Assembly: GCA_010093605.1 (NCBI GenBank)
Contig: MU004181.1
Span: forward strand, 868,001 to 932,000
Length of the DNA: 64,000 nucleotides
From: Lophium mytilinum
Lineage: Eukaryota
Direction: 5' to 3'
Shown: positions 12,633-25,367 of the stretch, one piece after another
Numbering within the stretch: the first letter of the stretch is position 1
How the letters are laid out: every line of letters begins with the position of its first letter
Translations under genes and position numbers: made by a program
Notes under the pieces: generated by a model
The model's input: the letters and a program-made list of their open reading frames with translations, nothing else
Database searches by the model: none
What the model was told of the DNA's origin: nothing

Positions 12633-13550
12633 ACTGGATTGGGATACTACCGTGGGAACACACCAATATCTCATCAAGTGCAGTAACGATGCTCTGGGAG
12701 TTTCATCTGGACTGATGGACGGAGTTCTCCAATATACGGTAACGAAGATTACTCAAAACAAACAAGATTATTTCCACAATTTAATTAGTATGGTATGGCG
12801 GGGGTCTTACGGAGTGTTTTCTGCATTGCAGGGACAGGCGACTGACGTTGCGGACCAGGTCGGATAGCATCGCCATCGTCTTGGTAGCACCATACTAGCT
12901 GAAATGGAAACAACATACTCTAACGTATTTGAATTGGACGGCGAGGCTGTGAGTGGTGACATGTCTTTGCTGCTGTTTGAGGTGCGCCAGTGTTTTATCA
13001 TCCTATGGACGTGATATCGATTTCGTCACAGGCAGATCTAGACTATTCTTCACGACTCACTATCACTACCGCTGAAAGGGATTCTAACTCTACAAGTCGT
13101 CTTCATTAACGAGACTTACAGCTAGCCGTCAGGTAGATCAAACCTTCACCGCATCTCATCCCGGTCCCGCGGGCATCCTCAAACTCTTAGCTCGGGCGTA
13201 GTCATCACCACAGAACGCTAAACAAAAACCAGATTAACCCCTCTGCGCGAGACTTGAACTCTATAGTATGGCAGGGTAGCTGTAGCTGAGCCGGCCGAAG
13301 TGTCATTTTATTAGAGAATCAACTCTTTTATAGGGTCGCTTAATAGAAGTAGATTTGTTTCTATTAGTTAGCATTAAAGGAGCCTCTTAGGCGGCAAGAA
13401 ACCTAACTGTAAGGATCATTTCACGATTAATTGCGTAAATGAACCCCAAGAAACACATAAGTCATAACAAACACCTGCTATCCCAGCCCGAAAGTCCAGC
13501 ATATGCTTCTCCAAAACTCCACACCCCCCATAACACCAACAGCGCACCCC

Positions 13551-14426
13551 CTACCCCCTCAACTGGTCATCAAACTCATTCGTCCCCATCCTCGCCGGCA
13601 CAAACGGCGCACAAAACCTCACCCTCCCCAACCTACCCGCCCGCACCCGCTCCTCCTCCCCCTCAAACCACCCCCACACCTCCCTTGGCTCCCGCCTCAA
13701 AAACCACAACACCGTCACCCGCCTCGGCTCACTCGCCGCCCCAGCTCCCTCCCCCACCCTTGCTAACACCTCCGCCGGCATCGCCTCCGCCGGCCGCGTC
13801 CCAAACACCATCGCGCTAGCCACCGGACTCGCCGCAATAGCCACGCGGGCAGGGAGGTGCGTCTCCAACAACCACGCCCTCAGCGCGCTCGCATCCCCCG
13901 CCTCGTCCTCCGCGTCCAGGATCTCCAGCACCAAGCCCGGGGCGGGGTCGAGCAGGGTGAACACGTCTCTCGGGACATCCGGTGACGCATAAACCGTCCC
14001 GGCTTTATCCTGGAAGGAGGTGAAGACGTGGTCGCGGTGCTCGTAGACGCGGTGCTCGGCGACGAGGCGGGCGTAGACGGCGTAGCTCCATTCTTTGTGC
14101 TCGGCGAGGCGGCCGGGGGTGATCCAGTAGGTGCTGAGGTAGCAGCCGGCTGAGGGGGGGTCGATGAGGAGGGGGGAGGGGAGGCGGAGGCGGAGGGTTT
14201 GGAGAGCGTGGGTTGCGACCCAGCGTCGGCCGGAGAAGAGCCAGGGGAGCTGGAGCGCGCCGGAGATCATGTGGTCGTCTTCGTACCAGCGGTTGTAGGC
14301 GCGCTCGTGGCCCGGGTGGGGTTCGACGAGGGTGATGAGGGCGTGGCCGACGCCGGTGGGGTGTGGGCCGGTGAGGGGGAGGGTGGTGTAGGGGGAGGGT
14401 TCGGGGGGAGATGGGGGTTGAGACAT
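13551..14426 (-). CDS. Hypothetical protein resembling actinobacterial EthD-like/alpha-beta barrel proteins
   Basis: 291-aa intronless ORF with ALITLVEPHPGHERAYNRWYEDDH..PWLFSGRRWVAT and GCYLSTYWIT motifs; the YNxWYxxxH pattern is typical of EthD/DUF4286-like barrels. Confidence 0.7.
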   Translation of the reverse strand: MSQPPSPPEPSPYTTLPLTGPHPTGVGHALITLVEPHPGHERAYNRWYEDDHMISGALQLPWLFSGRRWVATHALQTLRLRLPSPLLIDPPSAGCYLSTYWITPGRLAEHKEWSYAVYARLVAEHRVYEHRDHVFTSFQDKAGTVYASPDVPRDVFTLLDPAPGLVLEILDAEDEAGDASALRAWLLETHLPARVAIAASPVASAMVFGTRPAEAMPAEVLARVGEGAGAASEPRRVTVLWFLRREPREVWGWFEGEEERVRAGRLGRVRFCAPFVPARMGTNEFDDQLRG

Positions 14427-16243
14427 AGGCTTTCTGGTGGTGGGTGGGGTGTTTGTGAGATGGGAGGGTCACTGCTAGGGAGCAGCGTGTTGGTCTGTTC
14501 ATACGATGTACGATGTTAGGGTGTTAAATATAGAGTGTTATGGAAGATATCTTGAACTTCATGTAAGAGTCCAGCATCAGGAATTCCGCTTCGGAACTCC
14601 GGGGCGGAAACCCCACATCGATATTATGTTTTGGAGAGTTGACTCGGAAATGGCAATACGCGTGTGAAAATGCTTGAGAATGAACGTGTTTAAGTGAAGT
14701 GTGAGGCCTCGAATGTTTACCAAGAACTTGATTTGAGCGTCTGAAATCGAATGGTAGCTCCTAATGAGGTGTAGGATTAGGAATCTCGAAGCGATAGGGG
14801 AATATTCATCCTTTCGAGTAACAGAGTATTCACATACCGATATAGATTCACACTTTCCACAATGAAGCTCTGACATGTGTTGGAGCCGCAAGACCCATTT
14901 GCCGCCAAGGCACACTCATCTCGTCAAACGCCTGCCAAGCTACAGGAGCAGACAATGCAGAAGCGCCATTGCAATCCTCGCTGTTAGCCAATAAAGATGC
15001 ATGTGCTCGATACGAGGTACGACTTTGAAGTGGAAGCAGTTTGGAAATTCAACTATTTTTACGCGTTGTAGTCCGCATGCATCCTAGTCGAAACTCTGGA
15101 TCTAATGGGGATCTGGAGGCGCAGCGAATCCTTTCATCTCGGGTTTCGGTTTGCTACAAGCCCGTGTATAAAGCGCAGAGAAACTAAAAATTGGACTAAT
15201 GAGAGTGGATGCCACGAAGGATGTAGGGTTGACAATGTGGGACTAGTGTCCCCAGATAGGGGCGAGGCAAGCTCCTAAGTCACGTGACGTAGAGCGATGC
15301 GGAATCGTATAAGAATGTTCCAGGCACGTTCCACCTGCTAGTCCCTTCAAACGGCAGTTTTAGGCTCATGTTTTCGGGCTTGAGTCGTCCAATCAGAGAA
15401 CTGGTAATGTCTGGGGGTGCGGGATGTTGCGCGCGCCTCCTGGTCCTGAACATGGTCTGAAACATGAAGGCCGTAATGTTACAACGGCCTCGCCGAAGGG
15501 AGCGGCACAGGACATACTTCCTCATCTGAAACTTAGAGACGGCACAGTTGATTCAAGAGCGTTAACGAGATGGCTACTTAGCGTTGATTTCTTTCTAGAT
15601 ACGTAATTGAGATCGGGTGTTGATGGATGCTAGATTTTGGCTGGCGTCGAAGATGTTCGACTCACTAATTGTGGGACAAGAGATGACAATACGATGACAA
15701 TACGCTCACTTTGCCGTGCTCTCTGCTGCTCGTCTAAAAATAAAGAGGAATGAGGATGTTGATGAGGCGGGCCAGGGAGATCACGGTGGTTGCTCAGCCT
15801 CACAGACAAGCTTCCATAGGCCCGTTTCACCGCCAGCGGTAGCTGCTTCGGGACAGACGAGTGCAACATCCATGGGCCGGTCGACATCGCCTTCTGCAGT
15901 ATCATCACGCCGTCTGCACCCCAAACTGCTCTGCCGTGCGAGTGGCTGGAGCCACTCAATCACCACTCCACCCTGCCGCCATGGCCCCTCCCGTTCGGGC
16001 TGTGTCTCCTTCTTCGACATGCTCAACGGAGGTGGCGCCGCGGCGTGCAGCAGCAGCGCAGCAAACCCACTGGCCATGTGAAGGATGCAAACCAACAGGG
16101 CCGCCAGCGGTCCGGAAGCGCTGCGGACGCCGTCCCTTCTCTGGCGCGCAGGGATATCCTGAGGCCGCACAATCCGCCAACATGGGGTCAGACTATACTA
16201 CTGCGTCTGTACCGCCATCTCCTTTGCTCAATGTTCACTTATC

Positions 16244-18816
16244 GTGGCAGACGCCATGGAGTATGGCATGAACTATCTGGGCGTCAGCAAGAAACCCGAC
16301 GACGATGCCGTTTCCATGCTTTCATCCCACGCCGCTCCAGCTCAGTACGAAGCATACCATCCCAGCTTTTCTAGAGACTCCATAGAAGACGATTCAACAG
16401 CCTCGCCATATCAGCCATCGCCGCTAGTATCTCACGCCAACTTCTCTGCTCGACCTTCAGTACGCTCGGCACGGTCTCTCTCTCAGCCATCACCAGTATT
16501 GGTAGCTCAAATTCCACTTACGCCGCAGCAGCATGGCTCTTCAACTCAAGGCGCCGAGGCCTCCTTATTCGAGTCGAGAGCTGTCCTGAATAGGCCGTAC
16601 GAGGAGCCTGTTGCGTACCAGAATGTCACTCCCTTCCGGCCTGCCCAGGAGCATGGGCCCAAGCCGGACTATGAGGCAATCGCATACAACGCACACGATA
16701 CACGGCCTCCAAGCTATGGATCGCAGCATATCAGACGTCCCAGGCGAGTGATGGATTCTTGGCGACCTGGACATCTTATGAGGTTTCCGGTGTGGGGCAT
16801 TTCTGCGCTTCTCGGAGTAATTGCTTGTATGTTTGTACTCTGCTCACTTTTTGATCTTGATATTCCATTGCTTCCTTATTTCTGGCACCCATTCCATTAC
16901 GCTTGCAATTACTGACAGTATTGCAGTCACTGGGGCATCCCTAGGCGTACTGCTGGCAAGTGATGGTGACCTCGTCAGCACATGGCAAGTGAACAACGTA
17001 CAGCCTTCAGTCTATCTTTCAGCTTTTTCTCTAATTATGGACTCATTGGCCGCGTTCGCTTTCGCGGAAGGCCTTGTAGTCCGGTTTTGGACCCAGGCCA
17101 TGCGTGGAGTCTTTGTAAGTAGCTCGTTGACTACTGCTTTTAATTTATTGTACGTTCTGCAGCAATCTGAAGACTAATTTCCGCTGTTTAGATTAGCGTG
17201 TTGTACGACATTTTCGAGTCTGGCTGGTTATCTGGTGCTCTACGTTGCGCCTTACGTCTTCGCTTCAATATGGTCGCAGTTGGTATGTAGACTTCATAAT
17301 CTCTGACCTACTCCTACGTCTAACGGTACACCTTCTCAGCATGTCTTCTCGCCGCAGTCTCTACTACAAGAGGCCCCCTTTTTCAACGCGCCTCCACCGT
17401 CACTAATGATTTACTTTCTACCAGTGGTACAATAGATGTTCAGATGGCATCAGCCCCTTTAATAGACTATTTCGAGTCTTCTACAACCGACGAGCAGATA
17501 AGCGGCTCGTTTACGCCAGAGCTTTCTGCACTTGTCAGAAACTTCAGTGCTGGTTTCCCTTTCCCATACGAGTCGCCCGGATGTGGTGACAGTTGCACAG
17601 CAACCGTCAAGGTATGGCTTTGCAGACATCAATTCCTTCTTGATCGAGGCTAGAAACTGATATATACAAGGGAATTGGCTTTAATGTAACCTGCACCACC
17701 AACGAAGTGTCCTTCGACCTCGCTTCTCTCCCAGACAGCTGTAAATCCTGTACGACCAAGGCCTGTCGATCCCAATGCAAAATCCTAGCCGCGCAAGACT
17801 ACAACTTCAATTTCTTCTCCGTCGGCTACAACGCCTCCGACGACCAATCCCTCACCCTCTCCACAACCTTCAAGACCGAACCTAATTGCGCCGGCACCAT
17901 CCAAACCCACATCTGCTCCCTCACCCAAGGGACAGTCGCATACCCTATCACTATCACCAACAACACAATCTCCCGTCAGCACCTTTACGAGAACCTTACC
18001 AACCCAACTTCCAGCGAATCCTTCAACACCACCGACTCCCTCGACCCCAAATTCATATCCAAATACTGGCCCACCATCTTCAGCGCCCTCTTCCCCCCAA
18101 CCGCCGTCAACGTCTCCATCCGCGAAGACTTCGCCGCCCAGGTCTACACCAAATGCGCCACCAGCCCCAGCGGCGCGTGGGCCGAGCCCTCCATCAACGC
18201 CTCCTCCTGCTCCGGCAGCACCACGCCCTCCTTCCTCCAAGACCTCAGCACCCGCTACGCCACCCCCTCCCTCGCCGCCTCCGGCAACGCCGCCGGCGAC
18301 CTCTGCAACGCCACCTTCCGCGACCCGATGCCCGACCTCGTCGACACGCTGCAGGAGCTCGCCTTCCGCATCTCCCTCGCCATGGCGCGCGCTAACGCCA
18401 CCGTCTTCCTGCCCGGCATGAGCGCCGCGCAGGTCGACGATGCGCGGAAAGGATGGCTACAGAGCGTGGCTTACCACGGCTGGGAATCCGCGACTGTTTT
18501 CCACACCAACGGGACGTACGTTGCGCTCGGCGTTATCGTGTCGTTGCTCGGCGTGCTAGCGACGCTGCCGTTGTACAACCAGTGGTGGGAGCTTGGGCGG
18601 AAGATGAGCCTGAACCCGCTGGAGGTGGGGCGGGCGTTTGGCGCGCCGGTGCTGGAGGGCTTGGATGGGAACGCGGGCGCGGCGCGGGTGGTGGCGGAGC
18701 GGGGGGATGCGGTGGTGCGGTATGGGGTTGTGGAGCGGTATGGGGCGGAGAAGAAGTTGAGGTTTGAGGCGGCGGGGAGCACGAGGGCGCCGTGGCGGAA
18801 TGAGGTATTTGGGTAA
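16244..18816 (+). CDS. Multi-pass membrane/glycoprotein of the DUF3176 or 'formylmethionine deformylase-like' type
   Basis: Five exons (introns ~16827-16926, 17115-17191, 17283-17339, 17612-17670); FPVWGISALL, QPSVYLS, AFAEGLVVRFW, GPLFQRAS, Cys-rich luminal region, WWELGRKMSLNPLEVGRAFGAP. Confidence 0.75.
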
Positions 18817-20121
18817 TTCGGTAATTGTGGGTTTTGCGTTTTTGTATGATTAGTTGTAGGAAGGGGGCGATATGATACCATCGAATGTTATAAGATTTCA
18901 GTTTATCTTTTATATGAGGGTTGATACGTGACTTGAGTGTAGCACCCCATCTTGCTCTCCTCCTGAACAAGAAGACACGGAGCAAAAGATAAACTTCCGA
19001 GGAGTAATCAATCACCCTTGTTCGACGGTGTAGCTATTTCGAAAGGGTCTTTTCAGATTCATGCGCACTTCTCCCTACTTCCGCATTTCTTCTTGCATGA
19101 TCTGTACCGGCCACTCTCAGCCTCACGCCCCAACTGTATCCCGTCTCTTTACTGGGCTTCCAAGCCTACCTTCGTAACCAGGCCATTTAGGTTGGTTCAC
19201 GAAGGAATACTGCCAACTTTCAACACCAACGGCCGAGTCGAAAATCGAGGTCAAAGCGAAAACAAACCCCTCAAAACCAACCACAAGATCCAGCAGAGGT
19301 CGCCGAAAAAAAAGAGGCGCGGGGAAAGTAGTACGCCTCCAAGGTGTCAAACGGATGCTTTCAGGCCAACGATTGAAACTGTCAAGAAACCTACCCGCTA
19401 CAGTCAGCCTCACGCAGTGCAAACGCTAAAAAAGACAACGAATCTCGCCTTCGCCTCGAATCGAACCCTAGCTCGACAGGAGCGTTAAAAAAAATGCAAA
19501 ATAAGAAGGTTGCTACGCACGCTAGGCACGTCAAGTGTTTACCACCCCGCCTCTGTGTCGTAGAGTTCTTATTGGGAAACTGCGGAAATGGTTTGGTATT
19601 TGTATCACGATAATAATTACCGCGAATCATAGCATAGCCCGAATAAGCGACTTTGGCGCAGCTTCGCTCACGTGTTACCGGTGGTAAACAGACCGAGTGA
19701 GGGAAATGCCTGGATTCGACCGGCCGCGGGCTTATACGCGGTGCGGTGGACTGAATGAGCTGCTGGGCAGTGATTAGACTGAGGGGTTTTATTTCTACGG
19801 GAAATATGTGAGCGGAGTGGGGAAGAACTTTCACGGCAGGCAATGTTTTCGGGGTGGTGAGAATAGATGGCACCTTTAACGAAGCATGGCATAGATGAAT
19901 AAAAAGGAACTAAGGCTGATCTACCAGCCAATGTATTGGGTATCGTATGCACGCAACCCCCAGTGCTAAGTTACAGACCAAGAAAGACCGCTCCAGAAAT
20001 GCAGTCATCGTCGCTGAATCGTAAGCAAAAGAAAAGATCATATCCACATGCCATGCGTAGCAGCCACATCCGACTTCATCCAATCATCCCTACAGCAACT
20101 CACCACACCAACCCTAACTCT

Positions 20122-23100
20122 CTAAACCTCCATATTGTCAAACGGATCCCAATCAGGCGGCAGACCCCGGAACATAACATGCCCCTTAGCATCCAGCCTC
20201 GCGTTCTTGCTGGTAATCCAGATCTTGTTGCTATACAGCGCAGTGCGTCTGATCTCGTCCGCCGTGATCCCGATCTCGTCATGCGGGACCCAGATGGCGG
20301 GTTGGATAGCTCTGGAAGCGGGGTGCTCGAAAGCACGCTTGATGAGCTTCTGTCTCTGCTCTGGCTCGATGTCTTCCAGCGCGTCCTGCATGTCCGTGAA
20401 GAGATCTGCCTCTGGGTTGGTTTGCGCCTCGATGTCTCGGATGGGCCGAGTGGTGGTGTTGACGGCGTCGTCGATACCTTCGAGGATCTTGCCAGTGATA
20501 GCGCCGAATGGGTTTGCCTTGCCCTTTTTCTTCGACTTTCCTTGATTTTGATCATGGCCCGGGGAGTGAGCTTGGAAAGGCGAGCGTGACCTCGAGCGGT
20601 TTGCCCAAGATTCCCGTTGTTTTCGAGAGGACCCAGCGCCATCAGTGTAGCCGCCTGTCGGTACATTCAAGCGGCGGCCTGATCTCCTCTTATCCATGTT
20701 CTTCATCTCAATGTTGTCGGAGTTGCGGTGTTGCTTTGAGCGTCTGATGTCTTCTTCCTCGAGCGTTTGGTTCTCCTGCTCTTCTCGCTTCTCCTGTTCC
20801 TCTAGCTCACTACTCAATGAGTGCTCTTCTTGATCCGCTTCCTTAGGAGCCCATCGGCTTGCTTGCGCCCTTTCGAATTCTTCATCTCGTCTTACAGCAT
20901 CGTCTTCGAAGGTGATTGGTAGGTACTTGTACAGAGGCCCAAAGGCATTGTTGAGAACCATTTGGAAACCTACGGTCGCAACCAAAGCGACGATCATGAT
21001 GATAGCGTGGGGCGCACAAGCGACTTTGTTCCCTGGACCTCTGACGAGGAAGAACAGACCTATCAGGCAAAGCTCCATAAAGTATAGACCAGTGAACAGT
21101 TGATTGATCGCTTGCGGAAATATCAAGCCGTTGGTTTCTGCGGCGGCGAAAGACACATAGATCATCTGGTAACGGTAGGTGAACCAGAACAGGGCGAAGG
21201 TCAAAATCATGAAAAGCATCATGAGCGGCGAGATGATGGAGTATATCAGACCTTGAGGGAGGTTAGAATTGTTAAGAAGTACGGAAGAGGTCACTTACCA
21301 ATGGCACCGAAATTAGTGTAGACTGGAATGAATGTTCCCCAGTTGACTGTTGAGCCACCCAATACTCGCTGCACCTTTTGTCTCGCCGTGGTATCCAAGA
21401 AACCAGTGAGAAGCATCATCACAACTCTGCCGATCTGTAGAAGGGTACCAGAGCTGATACTAAGTGCCTGGAGAATCATGTAGGAAAAGAAGTAAGTCGA
21501 TGCCCCAGGCAGATTAGTTGCTAAGGTACCAGGGATGGAGACAGGATTGTTGATGATATTCCTGATGGTCCTAGTGATGCCGGCGGAGATGGAAACAACT
21601 AGAAATAGTTGGATGAAGACGAAAGCGAAGTAGAAGCTTTGAACCCTCAGTTCTCTCTCGCCCGCCGTCGCAACTCCAGAGAATCCTGCAAGGAACCTCA
21701 TAAGAAGTGGCAGGATTGCGAACAGGATGGCCATGAAAGCAGGAGGCAGGACACCTTGAATTAGGTTAATAACCCAACCAGGTAAGTCGTTGATCCAGTT
21801 CAACCAATGCAGCAGGCCAGTCAGGTAGGAGATTTGAGATACCAGCGCTGTGAAAGAGACCGGGAAACCCCATAAAATGACAAGCCCGGCGATGGCGGCT
21901 ACCACAGAACCTGTTCGGAGGTATCGTTCCCACCATTTGATAGAGAGATTGTCCCAGAGAACATAGTTGGGATTCACCTCTACTGTTCGAGGGGCCATTT
22001 GGCGAGGAATATGGTGACTGAGAGACTGACAAGCCATGTGAGCTCCAACTTGGTGATTGAATTGTATGAAAGCCGAGTTCATCAATGGATACTTTTCTGG
22101 GTTGGCTTGGTCTTGTTCGATTTCGTAATTCAGCCGTGCGAGTTCCTTTCGGCAGTGGTAGATGGTGTCGACTTTCTTTCCAACGAGCGGAAGGGCAGGA
22201 AACCAGCTCTTGTCAAGCAGAGGCAGCCGCATGGTGTCCCTGTCTTTCTCTTTGATGTATTTCCTCCAGAGTGCATTCTCATCGTCTTCCAGGAATTCCT
22301 GGTCATAGATCGTCGAGTAATCGTAGGTCTCCTCTTCTTCGTCCTTTTTCTTTTCAGTCGGCAAAGGAAACTCAGTTCCCTCCGCGTGAAACGGCTGAGG
22401 ACTGGCAAATGCGCTTTTACGCCGCATCGGGTTCCCTCGAGCGTGCTTCAGAGCCTTGAGGTGGTCCTTCTTCATAGTCGGCAATTCATCCTTTTCCTTT
22501 GTTTCTGATGACTGCGGCTGAGATAGAGATCCGCGAGCTGGATCCTTTTCGGATTCAGTGGTTGGAACGTGCAAACGTGCATAGTCATCAACACTAGGTC
22601 CTCGGCGTCCGTAATCAGAGTCAATGGGAGATTGGTCGACTGTTCTAGGGCTGGCTGAATCTTGGGCACCGTCGGTATTGGGAATGCCCGCAAAATCGTC
22701 GTGTTCCCCAGACATCGGACCAGAGGTCGCGGCGAATGACTTGTCTTCGTCCTTCTTGAATGCCCCACGGAAACCGCCCACCATTTTAGAACCCATTTTC
22801 CCAACTCCAAGGCCAACATCTCGAATACCCTGACCCATGGCCTGAAGACCTTCCCCAACAATAGGAATCTTGTGCCGTTTGTGGGAGTCAGGCGAAGACG
22901 ACCGAGATGTCGACACCGATGACCCTGCTACATCCTCGTTCAGCAACTCATGCATGGCGTTTTCAATCTGATGAGGGTTTCCAGAACTCATGCCTGGGTC
23001 CTCCATGTTCTGCTGCATTGTCTCATTGTGTTTTTTGTCGTCTTGCTTCTTCTCTTTCTTGCTCCTGGTGATACCGGCCGCCTTCTCCTCTTTTGCCTTC

Positions 23101-24035
23101 AATTTAAGATGTTCCTTGGTGCATTTGATGATGAGATCGGTCTCGGCGCCCTCGAGCTTCCTCGCGATCTTGGTCCGCTTCTTAACTTTATCCTGAAGGT
23201 CGTCATAGTTTCGGTTGATCCATATTTCGCGGAGCCCTCCTGGAAAAACGTCGTATAGAGCGTCTAGAGCTTCCACAGTCAGCCATTTCCGCGGAATGCT
23301 CTGCACGAGAATTGTCGTTGCGGAGGCACGAATACGGTGCTCTGGTTGGGTCAAAACCGTCTGTCGTAGACGAACGAACGCCCTCAGCTCCCTGTAGAAT
23401 TGGTAGCAGGCCCAAAGGACCACCAGCAATGCAAGAACCAAGTGAGCCCACAGCCGGTTGACTTTCGTTGTTACTGCCACATTCGTCCAGCCGAAAGAAT
23501 CCATGCCCGAGACGCCAGGCACATCACCTACCCGGTTTACGGGTAGGAGTATAGGTAGGATGACAATGGCCATGGGAATAAATATCTTGAGCAGTAGTTG
23601 GAGATAGCGGAGGAACAAGTATCCATCAACGCCAGCGACGCGGATAAGTGTCTTGCTAGGGAGAGTGAAGACATTCTTGAAGGACTCAATGGCTGAGGAG
23701 GGGAAGGCGATTTGCTTGCTTTTCGATACGAAGGCAGTCTTGTAGAAGCTGATCTGGTCAGTAAAACTTGCATTGATAGTGTATTGGGAGACATACTAGA
23801 TCCTGTGGAAGAGACTCTGATTGCGAGTCTCTGGGCGGTCACCCACAAGGCCCTCGTGGAACTTCCAATTGCCACTGAGAATAAGGAAGGCGCCCATCTG
23901 AATACCGAAAACGACGGCGGCAGAAGCCAGTGAAGCCCAGAAGGTCTTCAGTGACATGTTGGACTGCTCGTGGGCAGAGCCCGTCGTGGTGCCATCGCCG
24001 GACACAGCTGTTTGAGTTGCCGCAGCGGTCGACAT
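20122..24035 (-). CDS. CSC1/OSCA/TMEM63 (RSN1/PHM7, DUF221) stress-gated calcium-permeable channel
   Basis: Three exons (introns ~23749-23796, ~21252-21298); DGYLFLRYL, RLWAHL, SAFIQFN, VLWDNLS, YSIISPL, ETNGLIFP and AFEHPA motifs. Confidence 0.92.
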
Positions 24036-25367
24036 GTTGGCGATATGTGGTTTTTTCAGTACAGAGTGAATATGTCTTTATCGAAGAAAGGACCCTTGGT
24101 CGAGCTGAAGGGGGGTGTACAGGAAGCCAGTCCGCGTCAAATGGTGGAGTCAGGCATGACAATTTCTCAGAGTCGTAGAGAAGGTTGTGAGGAGGGTTCC
24201 GTGTGGTAGGAATGGAGGGACAGACAGACAGGGCAGTAGGACTGAGGAAAGGGAGTCAAGTAGCAGGGCAGTTAGTAGCGACGGCCGTTGGTAGCCCGTC
24301 CTTGGTGTTTGGCTTCCCGTCCGCGCTAAAGCTGTCGGTTTGACGCCACCACGTCACCGCTGGCGCGTGTCCAAACGCCGACCACCAAGCGATGTCCTGC
24401 GATAACTGTCCGCTCAAACACAGCGCCAGCCGGCGGGTGCTCTCATCAACGCGCGGTCACGCTTCTATTTAGGGCGTGTAACCGCTACACAGTTTTCAAC
24501 TCGATACATCTATAGGTCGGTTGGACGCAGAGCGTCGCTAAAGCCTCAGAACCCACTTGCTTTCATCGACGTCGATCATGGCGTATCCTTCGTGTTTCCA
24601 AGTACCGGGGCCACTCTGCACAGACCATGGCAGAGCAGGAATGCTGCACCACAAGAATCAAGGCACTCGCCAAGCACTTTATCCTCAGCCGCAAGAGAAA
24701 TTGAGCTTCCTCGTCAAGCCGCCAGGTCATCTTAATAAGAACGCATACAGATGCTGCGTTCTTACCGCGCAGCAATCCAGCTTTAGCCTTCACACGACGC
24801 AACAAAGGTTTGGTCTGTGGAGAAATACGAGATGAGATCTGAGATCTGGGATCCGCCGTCCTTTCGTACTGGCATCCTTGCGGATTAACATTCTTATTAT
24901 GACATCAATTCTGGTAAATAAAGAAGCGCAAGGCTGAATACCTTCTTAGCTTCTGACTTCAACGTGGCATTGCTAGCAACACACGGTACCTCAAGACTGC
25001 CACAATATGAAAGTATGAGGTAGTCTGATCCAACAATAAGATGCTAAACCAAGGATTAGATTCTGAAGAATACCAGGCGCAAGTTCAAATCGTCCAAACT
25101 AGCTCAACTTCATAATTTTGAAGGTCAGGTTGAAGGCGTCAGGGGCGTTAGACAACAGCATCTAAAGTCAAGGTATAAATCACAAATACAGGCTCTTTAT
25201 TACACCACTTAATGCGCCGACATAAGTCTGTTCCTATATCCTGATTCAGCGTGCTTGGCAACAAAAACAATAAATATCTTAAATCAAGCAACAGAATATT
25301 CTCTACTCCTCCATCTCAACACCCACGTCCAATCTTACACCTCCACACAGCTCCTTAGCCATCACCT

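Noticed and set aside
13439..13819. Pro-rich or Gly-rich overlapping ORFs (here and at 2793-3305, 41148-42017, 57437-58084, 58164-59009)
   Set aside because: They are shadow frames of real genes, kept open by extreme C/G skew, and have no motifs.
15716..16243. GC-rich ORFs upstream of the DUF3176-like gene
   Set aside because: Overlapping short ORFs on both strands without motifs; most likely 5' leader or promoter.
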